This document shows positions 31,921 to 33,415 of a stretch of DNA of 33,415 nt, one piece after another (position 1 is the first letter of the stretch; each line of letters opens with the position of its first letter). A model generated the notes under the pieces. The model made no database searches. It saw only the letters and a program-made list of their open reading frames with translations, and was not told the DNA's origin. The DNA is from Nitrososphaeraceae archaeon (lineage in GTDB: Archaea; Thermoproteota; Nitrososphaeria; Nitrososphaerales; Nitrososphaeraceae), in the NCBI GenBank assembly GCA_035297365.1, contig DATGZA010000005.1, positions 1 to 33,415 of the forward strand, written 5' to 3'. A program made the position numbers and the translations under genes.

Positions 31921-32484
31921 TCAATATTCCAAAAACCTTTGAATATCCCCCTTCTTGTATACTATGTCGAGCCAGTCAATATTATTTAATTTTCTTTCTG
32001 ATTTATTTTCATAACTATATATAACATTTTTCATAGTTTCTTCAGGAGTACTCCTAGTAGTATCAATTTCTGAAATCTTTTCTTTTCCAAAAACTCTCAA
32101 GGTATCATAAAAACATATTCCCAATATCTCGCTAGCAATATTTTCTTGGATTTTTTCAATAGAATAATTTCTTTTTTTGTATTCCTCAATCAAAGAATAA
32201 GGCGATCTCCTAAGAATTATAACAAAATCAAGTTCTTTTTTTCTTATTAGATATGGTAGAAGGTGACCAACGATTATTATATTTTTATTTTTTACTTGAT
32301 CTTTGATCAGTTCTCTCGCTTGTTTCAGATTTATTTGCATTTTTGAATTTTTTGTAATAAAAGCATGATTTGAAATTATTATTTTATTAATGTTGATAAT
32401 CGACAACGCTTTATTTTTTGATAATAACTCGCTTATAGTATGTTTTCCTACTCCCGGATTCCCGGTAATTCCGATTCTAGTCAT
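31921..32484 (-). CDS. AK6/Fap7-like nucleotide kinase (P-loop)
   Basis: ITGNPGVGKHT Walker A; IIVGHL; RNYSIEKIQENIASEILG; terminal IDW. Confidence 0.85.
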   Translation of the reverse strand: MTRIGITGNPGVGKHTISELLSKNKALSIININKIIISNHAFITKNSKMQINLKQARELIKDQVKNKNIIIVGHLLPYLIRKKELDFVIILRRSPYSLIEEYKKRNYSIEKIQENIASEILGICFYDTLRVFGKEKISEIDTTRSTPEETMKNVIYSYENKSERKLNNIDWLDIVYKKGDIQRFLEY

Positions 32485-32583
32485 TTAAATACATTATCTA
32501 AAAATATTATTTGATAAATATAAAATAATAAAATAAGAAAAAATAAAATGATTTTTTTATTGTTGTATTAGACTACTCTTTTC

Positions 32584-32877
32584 TTAACCTTCTTCCCAGC
32601 CCTTGTCAAATACACCGTTTTTGTGTAATGGAACTGGTTGTCCTGGTGTGTATTCCATTGGTCTCATCCAGAATATTGCATGTGTTGGACATACTCCGAC
32701 ACAGGCACCATCAGAGATGCATCTTTCTGGATAAAATACAAAGGCTTTACCTCTCTTCCAGCCTTCTACTGGTTTTACTCTAAGAACATCTGGACCAAGA
32801 GCAGTACAAATTTCTACACAAAGTGCACATCCAATACATCTTTGTTCATCAACATCTGGAAGTATTGCAATTGTCAT
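32584..32877 (-). CDS. Dicluster ferredoxin
   Basis: CIGCALCVEIC and CISDGACVGVCP motifs. Confidence 0.93.
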   Translation of the reverse strand: MTIAILPDVDEQRCIGCALCVEICTALGPDVLRVKPVEGWKRGKAFVFYPERCISDGACVGVCPTHAIFWMRPMEYTPGQPVPLHKNGVFDKGWEEG

Positions 32878-33056
32878 TCAATATTCACTAAGGGACCGAT
32901 ACTGGTGAAACTATTTAAACCCTATGTCGATATCAAAACAGTGTTATAATTAAACTATTTATGCTTTGAATTATAAGCCAATAATTATTAAAATATAAAT
33001 TTTATAAAATAGAGTAGAAAGAAATTAAAAATTTTTAGAAATTTTTAGATTATTAT

Positions 33057-33272
33057 TTATTTAGTTCTCATAACGTCTACTTGACCACTGTGCAACCAAT
33101 CTTTTAATTCTTCATGTGATGGTTTTGCATCATGTTTTCCTGCTAAGTGCAAATGAAGAAGTACATAATTAACTTGGTTCAAAAGTGGTTTATTATTTTC
33201 GTCTCCTCTACGTGCTTTTTCTTTTAAATCTGCTGGAACAGTAGTCCACCAGTCATTAAAACTTCTACCCAT
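33057..33272 (-). CDS. Small hypothetical protein (71 aa)
   Basis: ATG start, protein-like composition (LLNQVNYVLLHLHLAGKHDAKP...WLHSGQVDV) and higher GC than its flanks. Confidence 0.8.
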   Translation of the reverse strand: MGRSFNDWWTTVPADLKEKARRGDENNKPLLNQVNYVLLHLHLAGKHDAKPSHEELKDWLHSGQVDVMRTK

Positions 33273-33415
33273 GGTATGAATTAATACTATAGATTAATAA
33301 GCCTTTTGGGATATTTTAACGGTGTTATATAATGAATTATTATGATATATTTAACATAATAGTATGAGATGATCGTTTTAGATGTAATTTATATAAAAAT
33401 ACGTTATCTACATTA

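Overview
AT-rich chromosomal segment of an ammonia-oxidizing archaeon (Nitrososphaerota, most likely Nitrososphaeraceae judging from the AmoA sequence and gene content). Its centre is an ammonia monooxygenase region: amoB (-), divergent amoX-amoA (+), then probable amoY-amoZ (-) next to rps15. No amoC is present in the window. Between amoA and amoY lies a 2-oxoacid:ferredoxin oxidoreductase operon plus two microproteins, bounded by decayed IS110-like and IS6-like transposases. Other genes: futalosine-pathway menaquinone genes (mqnC, mqnE, mqnD), HMG-CoA synthase, pdxST, a two-intron tRNA-Leu(UAA), TFE-beta/RPC34 homologue, MscL, a CopD-like protein, rps15-DHH-pcc1-serS, proteasome beta, leuCD, tgtA, Lsm, AK6-like kinase and a ferredoxin. 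By manual translation I found features absent from the ORF track: a secreted Met-rich repeat protein (cut by the window start), a 50-aa 9-Cys metallothionein-like protein, a 34-aa acidic peptide, four transposase remnants and an inverted repeat in the amoB/amoX promoter region. The Met-rich, CopD-like and Cys-rich genes may form a copper-handling set serving AMO; this is a hypothesis. All family assignments come from motif recognition, not database searches.
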